Origin: Candidatus Poribacteria bacterium
GTDB taxonomy: Bacteria; Poribacteria; WGA-4E; WGA-3G
Reading direction: 5' to 3'
DNA length: 64,000 bases
Assembly (NCBI GenBank): GCA_965205015.1
Contig: OZ242029.1
Location: 3,072,001-3,136,000 of the forward strand
Positions within the stretch are counted from its first letter, which is position 1. Every line of letters begins with the position of its first letter. The notes under the pieces were generated by a model. It was given only the letters and a program-made list of their open reading frames with translations. It was not told where the DNA came from and did no database searches. The position numbers and the translations under genes are program-made. Below, one piece after another: positions 39,132 through 48,293 of this stretch.

Positions 39132-39664
39132 AATGGTTATCAGTTATCAATTGTCGGTTGTCGGTTAACTTCTTTACCTGACGACTGATGACCGATAACT
39201 TTAACCATCAACTCGACTCGGTTATAAATGTTAAAGCACGAGTTGATGATTAAAACTATTATAGTAAAACCCGTAATTACTTATACACCAACATAAGGGC
39301 GAGGATACAATCCTCGCCAGCGGTGGTGGGGTGTTTGTTCCCCGACGAACTGTAAACATATTTTTGGATTTTACTATAAAAGGTGGAAATCCGGTGAATG
39401 GTTATCGGTTATCAATTGTCGGTTGTCGGTTAACTTCTTTACCTGACGACTGATGACCGATAACTTTAACCATCAACTCGACTCGGTTATAAATGTTAAA
39501 GCACGAGTTGATGATTAAAACTATTATAGTAAAACCCGTAATTACTTATACACCAACATAAGGGCGAGGATACAATCCTCGCCGGCGGTGGTGGGGTGTT
39601 TGTTCCCTGACGAACTGTAAACATATTTTTGGATTTTACTATTAAAAGGTGGAAATCCGGTGAA
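39132..39664. repeat. ~265-bp tandem duplication, each unit with heptamer repeats, a hairpin and a TATAG MITE
   Basis: 39132-39396 near-identical to 39397-39662. Confidence 0.9.
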
Positions 39665-40220
39665 ACGACCTGTTAAAAGAAGACCCAACATTGTGCTTGT
39701 CGGTTTTATGGGCACAGGAAAAACTTCTATCGGAAGACGGATCTCCTCACAACTTCGGATGCGCTACGTGGATACGGATGACATTGTTGAACGCGACAGC
39801 GGACGGCGCATCAGCGACATCTTCGCGGAGGATGGGGAACCTGCTTTTCGAGAGCTGGAGAGTGAAGCCGTTCGTAAGGTGTCGAGACTGCACAACGCCG
39901 TTATTTCCACCGGTGGCGGTGTCGTTTTGAAAGAAATCAATATGACAGAGTTAAAACGAAACGGCATTGTCTTCTGCCTCACGGCAACGGCGGAGGAGAT
40001 CTACAAACGGGTTGGACACCAGACACACCGACCCCTACTCCAGGCGCCTGACCCGCTGGCGACGATTCAGTCGATGTTGGCGGAGCGCCGTCCTTACTAT
40101 GCAGAAGCCGATCACATGATCAGTACAACGGGACGCTCATTCGGTGACATTACCACACACATCAAACGGATGTTTAGGAAGAAGAATGACGAACACCTTA
40201 CACGTGGAACTCGGGGATAA
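39660..40220 (+). CDS. aroK: Shikimate kinase
   Basis: GFMGTGKT, DTD, GEPAFRELE, STGGG, RPLL. Confidence 0.95.
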   Translation: MKRPVKRRPNIVLVGFMGTGKTSIGRRISSQLRMRYVDTDDIVERDSGRRISDIFAEDGEPAFRELESEAVRKVSRLHNAVISTGGGVVLKEINMTELKRNGIVFCLTATAEEIYKRVGHQTHRPLLQAPDPLATIQSMLAERRPYYAEADHMISTTGRSFGDITTHIKRMFRKKNDEHLTRGTRG

Positions 40221-41274
40221 CAGGTATCCACTCGTTGTTGGGACAGGACTCCTCAACAGCGTTGGAGAGTTCCTCACATCTCATACAAAATCGAATAAGG
40301 TGCTCATCGTTTCGGATACTTATGTCAAAACGTGCTATCTGCCCGTTGTTCTGAAGAGCCTCAAGGATGTCGGGCTCGATGCCTGCACGATTGAAGTGCC
40401 TGGTGGCGAAGAGAGTAAATCGTTGGCGCAGTTCTCCCGGATACAGGATAGTTTGGTGGAGCATCAACTCGATCGGGGTTCCCTGATCATTGCTCTCGGT
40501 GGGGGTGTCATCGGCGATTTGGCGGGATTCGCTGCAGCGGTATACATGCGGGGTATTCCTTACGTGCAGATTCCAACGACGCTACAAGCGCAAGTCGATG
40601 CGAGTGTCGGCGGCAAGACGGCGATTAATCACCCAAAAGGGAAAAACCTCATCGGTGCGTTTCATCAACCGAAGTTGGTCGTCATTGATGTAGATACGCT
40701 CAAGACTTTACCGCAGCGCGACATCCGAGCAGGACTTATTGAAGTTATCAAGATGGGTGTTATCCGCGATGCGCCGCTGTTTGAAAGGGTTGAAGAAGAT
40801 CTGGAGGCACTCTTAAACTTAGACGACACAACACTTATTGAAATAATCTCACAAGCGTGTGTCAACAAGGCGGAAATTGTCGCCAAAGATGAGAAAGAAA
40901 GTCGGCTGCGGATGGTGCTAAACTATGGGCATACCTTTGGACACGCCCTGGAGGCAGTGACGCATTACAATAGGTATCGGCACGGCGAAGCGGTTTCTAT
41001 CGGTATGAATTGCGCGGCGCAGTTGGCTGTCAATTTAGGGATGTTCTCTGAGACCGATTTTCAGCGGCAACGTGCACTCCTCAAGCGGGCACAATTGCCG
41101 ATTGCTTTACCCGCCGACCTCACCCCTGAAGCCCTATGTGATGCCATGTATTTAGACAAAAAGACGTTAGGGGGTAAACTCCGACTCATCTTGCCGACGT
41201 GTATCGGAGAAGTCGTTATCCGCGATGATATAGACGATCGGCGTGTTCTACAAGCTATAGGGCAATGTTTTTAA
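40186..41274 (+). CDS. aroB: 3-dehydroquinate synthase
   Basis: GEESK, LGGGVIGD, PTTL.AQVDASVGGKT, LNYGHTFGHA, HGEAV. Confidence 0.95.
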   Translation: MTNTLHVELGDNRYPLVVGTGLLNSVGEFLTSHTKSNKVLIVSDTYVKTCYLPVVLKSLKDVGLDACTIEVPGGEESKSLAQFSRIQDSLVEHQLDRGSLIIALGGGVIGDLAGFAAAVYMRGIPYVQIPTTLQAQVDASVGGKTAINHPKGKNLIGAFHQPKLVVIDVDTLKTLPQRDIRAGLIEVIKMGVIRDAPLFERVEEDLEALLNLDDTTLIEIISQACVNKAEIVAKDEKESRLRMVLNYGHTFGHALEAVTHYNRYRHGEAVSIGMNCAAQLAVNLGMFSETDFQRQRALLKRAQLPIALPADLTPEALCDAMYLDKKTLGGKLRLILPTCIGEVVIRDDIDDRRVLQAIGQCF

Positions 41275-41311
41275 TATTTCGGAATTTATAAACAGATAGT
41301 TTGTTTCTGAT

Positions 41312-41629
41312 ATGGCACTCCTTGCTGAAATCCGCACAAAAATCAGAAATGGGCAGTTTGAGTTATCAGAACATGCGACTGAACAAAGCGGTATTCGTCA
41401 TATTAGTTTGCAAGAAGTTCGTCATAGTACCCCATGCTAAAGCATGGGGCTTGTTAGCGTGTTAGCTCCAACAAGCCTACCGGTCTACCGGTAAGTTTCT
41501 CGTTTCATAGAGGGTGGTAACCCAACGCTCTCCACGATGGGCGCGAGCTGCCCGTAAAAGTATGTTTATCGCTATGAACCTGATCCGTTACGATGGATTA
41601 ATTTCAAAACGAGGAAAAGACATGTCTGA
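41312..41629 (+). pseudogene. Disrupted DUF4258-family toxin
   Basis: 5' part MALLAEIRTKIRNGQFELSEHATEQSGIRHISLQEV; 3' part YEPDPLRWINFKTRKRHV*; middle replaced by foreign DNA. Confidence 0.75.
41421..41572 (-). mobile_element. IS200/IS605 right-end remnant: tnpB tail + reRNA scaffold
   Basis: Minus strand reads AINILLRAARAHRGERW..*, then AAGCCCCATGCTTTAGCATGGGGTACTATGAC hairpin ending in TGAC. Confidence 0.7.
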
Positions 41630-41879
41630 CAACACGGTCTGGAATGAAACTTTAATAGAGAAAAATGTGACGTACACCATTGAGATAAACGGGCAATTCG
41701 TTCTGATTGAGAATGTGCCAGCCCGAGTTAACATTGATACAGGCGAAAAATACTTCTCGCCTGAAACTGTTGAGCGTTTACATCAAGCGGTGTGGGGCAA
41801 ATGCCACCCCGTTCGGACTATCATAACACCTGTGTACGAGTACACCGAATTGGTCCCAGAAAAAAACGCTACTCATTAA
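41622..41879 (+). CDS. YgiT-type zinc-finger-like antitoxin partner
   Basis: VLIENVPARVN.DTGEKYFSPETVERL; follows DUF4258 remnant. Confidence 0.8.
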   Translation: MSDNTVWNETLIEKNVTYTIEINGQFVLIENVPARVNIDTGEKYFSPETVERLHQAVWGKCHPVRTIITPVYEYTELVPEKNATH

Positions 41880-41893
41880 GGAATATAACACTT

Positions 41894-43039
41894 ATGTCAA
41901 AAACAATTCAATGTGTAGTTGTCTGCTTGGTTTTATGCATGAGCGTTGGCATTGCATTCAGCCAAGGGCTTTCGCCACCCGCAAATGTCACGGCGGTAGA
42001 TACACCCAACGACGATGGCAGCAGCGTCACGATTCGCTGGGATGCTGCACCAGAAGGTAGCGGTATCAGCGGGTATCAAATCCTACGCCGGATTGCCGGG
42101 GGTGGTCTTGAAGAAATTGGCGAGATGTTATCTGCTGGAACAACCTCCTATGTTGATGCCTCTATCGAAAAAGGGAACGCTTACGCCTATATCGTGCGTG
42201 CCGTGAGCGACACAGAGGCAACGGTGGATTCTGGGGAGACCGCACCCGTTAGAGGGACGGGTGAATGGTTTCATACGGGTAGGATCCCGCTATTTGTCGC
42301 CATGTTTCTTTTTGGTGCCGCAGTTGTTTGGAACATCTATGATGCGAGAAGTGGTAAAGATATATTTGTCCGGCGCATTCCTGGGCTTGAGGCGGTCGAT
42401 GAAGCCATCGGTAGAGCCACAGAGATGGGACGCTCGATCCTCTACGTACTCGGATTAGGAGGCGTGAGCGGTACTGCCACTATTGCGAGTATGACGATTC
42501 TCGGGCAGGTAGCACGGAGAACAGCGGATTATGAAACGCCCCTGCGTGTACCGTGCCGAGACCCGATTGTGATGAGTGTGGTGCGTGAGATGGTGAAAGC
42601 CTCCTATCTTGATGAGGGACGTCCGGATGCCTACAATGAAGAAAATATTTTCTACCTCACTTCTGGTCAGTTCGCTTACGCGGCAGGCGTAGACGGAATG
42701 ATGATACGTGAGAAGCCGGCGGCAGTATTTCTACAAGGCACGTTTTACGCAGAATCGCTCATCCTTGCCGAGACCGGTAATTCTATCGGCGCGATTCAGA
42801 TTGCGGGGACGGATTCTGAGCATCAACTTCCCTTCCTAATCACAGCGTGTGATTATACCTTGATCGGCGAAGAACTTTATGCTGCAAGTACTTATTTGTC
42901 GAGGGAACCGATGCTACTCGGAAGCCTGAGGGGCCAAGACTGGGGAAAAGTCCTTATTTTCGCTATGATTGTGCTGGGCGTGGTTCTTGAACTATCTGGT
43001 GTCAGTTGGATCACAACACTCTTACAGCGGGTGGGTTAG
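41894..43039 (+). CDS. Fibronectin III + DUF6754-like membrane protein
   Basis: Signal peptide; DTPNDDG..IRW FN3; RRIPGLEAVDEAIGRATEMGR; DYTLIGEELYAA. Confidence 0.75.
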   Translation: MSKTIQCVVVCLVLCMSVGIAFSQGLSPPANVTAVDTPNDDGSSVTIRWDAAPEGSGISGYQILRRIAGGGLEEIGEMLSAGTTSYVDASIEKGNAYAYIVRAVSDTEATVDSGETAPVRGTGEWFHTGRIPLFVAMFLFGAAVVWNIYDARSGKDIFVRRIPGLEAVDEAIGRATEMGRSILYVLGLGGVSGTATIASMTILGQVARRTADYETPLRVPCRDPIVMSVVREMVKASYLDEGRPDAYNEENIFYLTSGQFAYAAGVDGMMIREKPAAVFLQGTFYAESLILAETGNSIGAIQIAGTDSEHQLPFLITACDYTLIGEELYAASTYLSREPMLLGSLRGQDWGKVLIFAMIVLGVVLELSGVSWITTLLQRVG

Positions 43040-43047
43040 GAGGTATT

Positions 43048-43698
43048 ATGCGACGACAAGTTCCCTTAATTCTCTGCTTTGTTTTTGGGGTCGTGATGAT
43101 GCTGACGCAGTTTAGTCCGCATTCCTTCTCGCAAGGTGTCTACGAAGAAGTGCTCAGTTGGACCCTGATTATTTTACCGTTTATGCTGGTATTAGGCACC
43201 GTGACACTCATCCAAACCCATGTGGCGCGTATTCGCCGCCGGGCTGAACATTGGCAGTACAGTTTTCTTATATTTGCGGGGATCCTCCTGATGGTAGTCA
43301 TCGGGATTCCGTTTGGACCCCAACACCCGATCTTCATGTGGTTATTCAATAACGTCCAGGTCCCTATGGATGCGACGATGTTTTCCCTCCTGGCTTTCTT
43401 CATTGCCTCAGCGGCGTACCGTGCCTTCCGCGCCCGAACGTTTGAAGCGAGTCTACTTCTTGTTACAGCCCTGATTGTGATGATGGGAAATGTGCCGATC
43501 GGAGATCTCTTTTGGAATACGGTTCTATCCGGGTTACCTTGGGACAACGGTCTCTCAGGTACGAAACAGTGGATTTTAGATAACCCGAATCTATCTGCGA
43601 GACGGGGGATCATCCTCGGCGTCAGTTTGGGCGCGATATCGCAATCTATACGAATTCTTTTGGGAATTGAGCGGTCCTATCTGGGGGGAGGAGATTAG
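43048..43698 (+). CDS. Uncharacterised polytopic membrane protein
   Basis: About 5-6 TMs; MFSLLAFFIASAAYRAFR; GGAGG RBS. Confidence 0.8.
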   Translation: MRRQVPLILCFVFGVVMMLTQFSPHSFSQGVYEEVLSWTLIILPFMLVLGTVTLIQTHVARIRRRAEHWQYSFLIFAGILLMVVIGIPFGPQHPIFMWLFNNVQVPMDATMFSLLAFFIASAAYRAFRARTFEASLLLVTALIVMMGNVPIGDLFWNTVLSGLPWDNGLSGTKQWILDNPNLSARRGIILGVSLGAISQSIRILLGIERSYLGGGD

Positions 43699-43700
43699 AA

Positions 43701-44516
43701 ATGCTTGAAAAATTTATGAACATTGACCGGCGAATTATCTTCGTTTTGGTCGCATTGGCGGTCATTATTCCGACGTTGTTACCCATCAATTTGCCCGTCT
43801 CGGTATCTGCCCCGACGCGACAACTCCACGATTATGTCGATGCCCTCCCCGCAGGATCGAGGATCATGCTCGCATTTGACTATGGTCCTGCCTCTTTAGC
43901 GGAGCTCAATCCGATGGCAAAGGCGCTCCTGAAACAGTGTTTTGATAAAGATATCGGCGTCATCGGGATCACGCTCTCACCAGAAGGCACGGCGATGGGA
44001 AGCACACTAATACAGGAGATAGCGGATGAAACCGGGGCGATAGATGGTGAAGATTATGTGTTTCTGGGTTACCGTCCCGGTGACGAACTGGTTATCCTCG
44101 GCATGGGAACCGAAATCGCCAGTGTGTTTGAGACAGATTACAATGGGAAACCCTTGGCAGATATTCCGGTGATGGCGAACGTTACCAACTACGACCAAAT
44201 CAGTCTCCTTATTGACTTGGCTTCTGGAAGTACAACGGAAGTATGGATTACTTATGCGAACGTGCGTTACAATCTCCAAATTGCTGCTGGTGTCACCGGT
44301 GTCATTATCTCACAGATGTATCCGTACCTGCAAACCGGGCAATTGATCGGTCTGATTTCTGGGATCGCAGGTGCGGCTGAATATGAAAGCCTGCTGGATG
44401 CCCCAGCGAAAGGGATGCTGTGGATCAATATTGAATCCTTTGTGCATCTGTTGATTGCCGGTTTGGTGGTACTTGGGAATATTGCTTTCTTTGTCCAACG
44501 GCGAAAAGAGGAGTAA
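43701..44516 (+). CDS. Uncharacterised membrane-anchored protein
   Basis: N- and C-terminal TMs; DYGP...EL.P, DYVFLGY, GAAEYE. Confidence 0.8.
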   Translation: MLEKFMNIDRRIIFVLVALAVIIPTLLPINLPVSVSAPTRQLHDYVDALPAGSRIMLAFDYGPASLAELNPMAKALLKQCFDKDIGVIGITLSPEGTAMGSTLIQEIADETGAIDGEDYVFLGYRPGDELVILGMGTEIASVFETDYNGKPLADIPVMANVTNYDQISLLIDLASGSTTEVWITYANVRYNLQIAAGVTGVIISQMYPYLQTGQLIGLISGIAGAAEYESLLDAPAKGMLWINIESFVHLLIAGLVVLGNIAFFVQRRKEE

Positions 44517-44520
44517 ATTG

Positions 44521-45171
44521 ATGGAAGTTTTTGGCATTTGGGTTGCAGCGTTTTTGACGCTTTGTATCTATAGTTTTCTTTATCGTGATAACCCATTTTA
44601 TCGGTTTGCGGAGTACCTCTTCGTAGGTGTATCGGTTGGGTACATATTCGTACTCACGACGCATCAAGGTTTTATTCCGTTGGCATGGAAACCCTTTTGG
44701 GCAGCTGTAACCGGGGAATCGCTCGTCGGGTTAATCAAACTGATTCCGATCTGCATCGGGTTACTCTTCTTTACGCGCTTTTCTCCACAACATGAGTGGT
44801 TGGTTCGTTATCCTATCGCTATTCTCATCGGTGCCAGTTCAGGACTTGCAATTCCGAATGTGTTACGCGCACATATTTTTGAGCAAACACGCGGAACAAT
44901 CGAACCCTTCGCGGCGATTCATGCAGGAACACTCTCTGCTGGTGAAATTTTTGGTGCGATCCTCATGGTGATTGGTGTTATCTGTACGCTCACTTACTTC
45001 TTCTTTTCTGTGGAGCATCGCGGCGTCGTCGGTGGACTCTCAAAGGTCGGTATCGCCTTTCTCATGATAGGGTTCGGTTCCGCATTCGGGAACACCGTTA
45101 TGGGACGTGTCGCGCTTTTGATTCAACGCGTCGATTTCCTCCTCAACGATTGGCTCGGCACAATTTTTTGA
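44521..45171 (+). CDS. Uncharacterised polytopic membrane protein
   Basis: SFLYRDNPFYRFAE; YFFFS; FLMIGFGSAFGNTVMGR. Confidence 0.8.
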   Translation: MEVFGIWVAAFLTLCIYSFLYRDNPFYRFAEYLFVGVSVGYIFVLTTHQGFIPLAWKPFWAAVTGESLVGLIKLIPICIGLLFFTRFSPQHEWLVRYPIAILIGASSGLAIPNVLRAHIFEQTRGTIEPFAAIHAGTLSAGEIFGAILMVIGVICTLTYFFFSVEHRGVVGGLSKVGIAFLMIGFGSAFGNTVMGRVALLIQRVDFLLNDWLGTIF

Positions 45172-45452
45172 CGTTTCTAACTATTAAGTTTCGGTTTTCT
45201 TGTGCTCTAAGTGTAAAGCAAAGACAAATTATGCCATTTTGAGTGAGATGGTTAGGATACCACAATCTGGGTTTAGAGAGTGGCCCGAATTTCCGATGGC
45301 AGTACAACCTGTTCTCTATGTTTTTAATCAGGGTGAATTAAGGTAATTTGTAAACCTTTATACTATTTGTTGCGTCACAATTGATAAAATGCTTGACAAA
45401 AAGTCTGAATAAACTAAAATTACACTCGAATTAACCAAATTGGAGATTTATC

Positions 45453-45680
45453 ATGGCACAAAGGAGAATGTCCATAGAGGAAATGATGCTGAAATATCCC
45501 GATCAGTGGTTGTTTATTACTGATTGTGAAGTCAGCGAAAATACTGAGCTAATATCGGGTGTCGTATTAGTGAACAGCCCATCCAGAGATGAGGTCTGTA
45601 AAGCCCTTACAAATCATAAGGGCGGATCCGCAATACGGTATACTGGGACGCTTCCAGAAGGGATGGCTTACTTACTCTAA
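45453..45680 (+). CDS. Small hypothetical protein (type often paired with clan AA aspartyl proteases)
   Basis: KYPDQW..GVV...S.SRDE; GGAG RBS; TTGACA-N16-TAAAAT upstream. Confidence 0.7.
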   Translation: MAQRRMSIEEMMLKYPDQWLFITDCEVSENTELISGVVLVNSPSRDEVCKALTNHKGGSAIRYTGTLPEGMAYLL

Positions 45681-45865
45681 TGGGACATACTCGTTTTGAT
45701 GGAAATGGTTCATCCATAAAACTAAACTTGGTAGTAAGCAGTATGGATTTAACTTCCTATACTAATGTTTTAGTGGCGTTAGATACTGGAGCTTGTGTTA
45801 CATCTATACCGACGTATATCGCTGAGGCTTTAGGTTATGACCTTTCCGATGATTGTAGCGAATAA
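45680..45865 (+). pseudogene. Truncated retropepsin-like aspartyl protease
   Basis: LDTGA..T.IP..IAEALG; only 61 aa. Confidence 0.65.
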
Positions 45866-45874
45866 AAAAGAAAG

Positions 45875-45915
45875 AAAAAATTTGGCTGCCTTAGCAATAA
45901 GGTAGCCAAATTTTT
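45875..45915. terminator. Intrinsic terminator-like hairpin
   Basis: AAAAATTTGGCTGCCTTA-gcaa-TAAGGTAGCCAAATTTTT. Confidence 0.7.
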
Positions 45916-45934
45916 ATCCGGACCCGCTTGCCTT

Positions 45935-45975
45935 ATACATTACCCATGACGTTTAACCGCAAGGAAAATTAAAAA
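45935..45975 (+). repeat. CCGCAAGG element, copy 4 (3' half)
   Basis: TTTAACCGCAAGGAAAATTAAAAA directly followed by ATG 45976. Confidence 0.7.
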
Positions 45976-46818
45976 ATGAAAATTGGATATAGCACATGGG
46001 GCATGCCCACCGTCCCGATAGACACAGCACTTTCCCATCTCGCGAGCCTCGGATACGATGGTGTTGAACTCACCATCATTCCACGCTTTACCACCGAACT
46101 CAGCACGCTTGACGCTGCAGAACGAAAACGAATTGCATCCCTGTTCCAAGGGCATAACTTGGCACTCCCCGCCATTGCGGCACATTCCAGTCTGTTGGAG
46201 ATGGATCCAGAGACCCATTCGAAAAATATGTGGCGACTGAAAGGCGGTGTTGATTTGGCAGTTGAACTCGCACAGGGGGACGAACTGCCCGCTGTCAATA
46301 CGACGCCGGGGGGAAAGCCAGAAGAATGGGAGTTTAAGAAGGATTTCCTCGCAGAACGCGTGGGGGAACTCGTCGATTACGGGGCATCGCGCGGGGTTAC
46401 CATCGCGATGGAACCGCATGTCGGTGCGATCATTGATACACCTGCGAAGGTGCTTGAACTCTTAGAAATCGTCAATTCGCCGTATCTCAAAGTTAACTTC
46501 GACATCAGTCATTTCGATATTATCGGTATGTCGACAGAGGAAACGGTGTCGGCGTTAGCACCGGTATCGGCACATACACACGTCAAGGACCAGCGCGGCA
46601 CTGCCCCCGACCACGAGTTCCTCATCCCCGGCGAAGGTCCTTTCGATTACGTTGACTACCTCAAGCGGATGCAGGCACACGGTTATGACGGATTCATCAC
46701 TGCCGAAGTGAGTTTCATGGTGCAGGCACGTGAGGACTACGATCCGCTCGCCGCCGCGACACTCTCTTACGAAACATTAGCGAACGCTTTTGAAGAAGCC
46801 GGAATTGAACGAGGATAA
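45976..46818 (+). CDS. Sugar phosphate isomerase/epimerase (AP-endonuclease-2 TIM barrel)
   Basis: GYDGVEL, AMEPH, NFDISH, HTHVKD, PGEG. Confidence 0.88.
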   Translation: MKIGYSTWGMPTVPIDTALSHLASLGYDGVELTIIPRFTTELSTLDAAERKRIASLFQGHNLALPAIAAHSSLLEMDPETHSKNMWRLKGGVDLAVELAQGDELPAVNTTPGGKPEEWEFKKDFLAERVGELVDYGASRGVTIAMEPHVGAIIDTPAKVLELLEIVNSPYLKVNFDISHFDIIGMSTEETVSALAPVSAHTHVKDQRGTAPDHEFLIPGEGPFDYVDYLKRMQAHGYDGFITAEVSFMVQAREDYDPLAAATLSYETLANAFEEAGIERG

Positions 46819-46820
46819 CG

Positions 46821-48221
46821 ATGGAAACCACCCCGAACATCCTTTTTCTGATGACAGACCAACAGCGATGGGACGCTATGGGATGTAGTGGCGATTGGGT
46901 GCAAACCCCACATCTGGATCGGATTGCAAGTGAAGGTATCCGATTCACGAACTGCGTCACCACATCGCCCGTCTGTATCCCGACGCGACTCAGTCTGGCG
47001 ACAGGTTTATATCCGCATAACACCCATGTCTGGAACAACATGAATCACCAGATGCCTGCCGAGACGCCGACATGGATGCAAGCCGTGCGTGATGCTGGGT
47101 ATCGGACGAGTCTTTTCGGTAAAACACACCTGCATCCACACAACGGTGACTTGCGCGAACGCGAAGACTTAATGAACGCCTACGGGTTAGACGACGTGAA
47201 CGAAATCGGTGGACCGCGGGCGAGCGCGAATGTCTTATCTCACATGACGGCGATGTGGGAAGAAAAAGGGGTGTGGGAGGCGTATCGCGCCGATTACCGT
47301 GAACGGTTCAGCACGAAACCGCATCTCGTCCGTCCATCAACCTTAGGACTTGAGGATTACGCCGATGTCTATGTCGGACAACAGACAAAGCAATACCTCC
47401 AGAACTATGAACGGGCGGAACCTTGGTGCTGTTGGGTGAGTTTCGGGGGACCGCATGAACCGTGGGACACACCTGAACCTTACGCCAGCATGTATAACCC
47501 TGAAGACATGCCGCCAGCAATTCCGCGTCCATTTATGGAAAGGCGTCCGACAGGACATTTGGATAGGCTCATGCAACGGGTAAACCCGACGTTTGAGCCC
47601 GGTGAAGTCGGGAGACTCCGAGCGAATTACGCTGGCAACGTGACGCTCATCGATGATCAGATCGGTGAGATCCTCAACACAGTCGAGGCACGCGGTGAAC
47701 TTGAAAACACAATCATCGTTCACACCTCCGACCATGGAGAAATGAACGGCGACTATGGGATCATCTATAAGAGTAACTTCCTCAACGGCGCGGTTCGGAT
47801 TCCGCTACTCGTGCGAACGCCTGATACATCGGGGTTACAAACCCCTCCCACGGGAACAATTTGTGAAAGTCCAGTGGAATGGATCGACATCGGGCCAACG
47901 CTCGTTGAATTGGCGGGAGGCGAATTGGAGCATCGTCAATTCGGGAAATCGTTGTGTCCCGTGCTAACGCAACCCGAAGCGATGCACCGTGATTTCGCAA
48001 TTTCGGAGATAGAGGGCGAGATTATGCTCCTCAATCGCGAGTGGAAGATCGCGCTCAACGCCAACGGTGAGGCTTACCTCTTATTTGATGTGCAAAACGA
48101 TCCGAATGAGATACAGAACCTCGCCGGTAGACCTGAAGTTGCGGATATTGAAACGGCGTTGCGCCTGCAAATTTTGGAGTGGCTTGTGCAAACGCAACTG
48201 GATGCACCGTTTCGTGAATAA
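46821..48221 (+). CDS. Cys-type sulfatase
   Basis: PNILFLMTDQQR, CIPTRLSLATG, GKTHL, PHEP, SDHGE. Confidence 0.92.
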   Translation: METTPNILFLMTDQQRWDAMGCSGDWVQTPHLDRIASEGIRFTNCVTTSPVCIPTRLSLATGLYPHNTHVWNNMNHQMPAETPTWMQAVRDAGYRTSLFGKTHLHPHNGDLREREDLMNAYGLDDVNEIGGPRASANVLSHMTAMWEEKGVWEAYRADYRERFSTKPHLVRPSTLGLEDYADVYVGQQTKQYLQNYERAEPWCCWVSFGGPHEPWDTPEPYASMYNPEDMPPAIPRPFMERRPTGHLDRLMQRVNPTFEPGEVGRLRANYAGNVTLIDDQIGEILNTVEARGELENTIIVHTSDHGEMNGDYGIIYKSNFLNGAVRIPLLVRTPDTSGLQTPPTGTICESPVEWIDIGPTLVELAGGELEHRQFGKSLCPVLTQPEAMHRDFAISEIEGEIMLLNREWKIALNANGEAYLLFDVQNDPNEIQNLAGRPEVADIETALRLQILEWLVQTQLDAPFRE

Positions 48222-48293
48222 AAAGCGTCCTCAAATTTGCCGCTGAGGGCCCAATACGGAAGAGCGACGACCGAAACCGCCCTTTCAAACAGA

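Noticed and set aside
41313-41326. TGGCAC..TTGC as a sigma54 promoter
   Set aside because: Wrong spacing, and it is the start of the toxin coding sequence.
41421-41480. IscB/HEARO omega-RNA 5' end on the plus strand
   Set aside because: The hairpin is similar, but the minus-strand AINIL tail and TGAC end fit a TnpB right end better, and no iscB follows.
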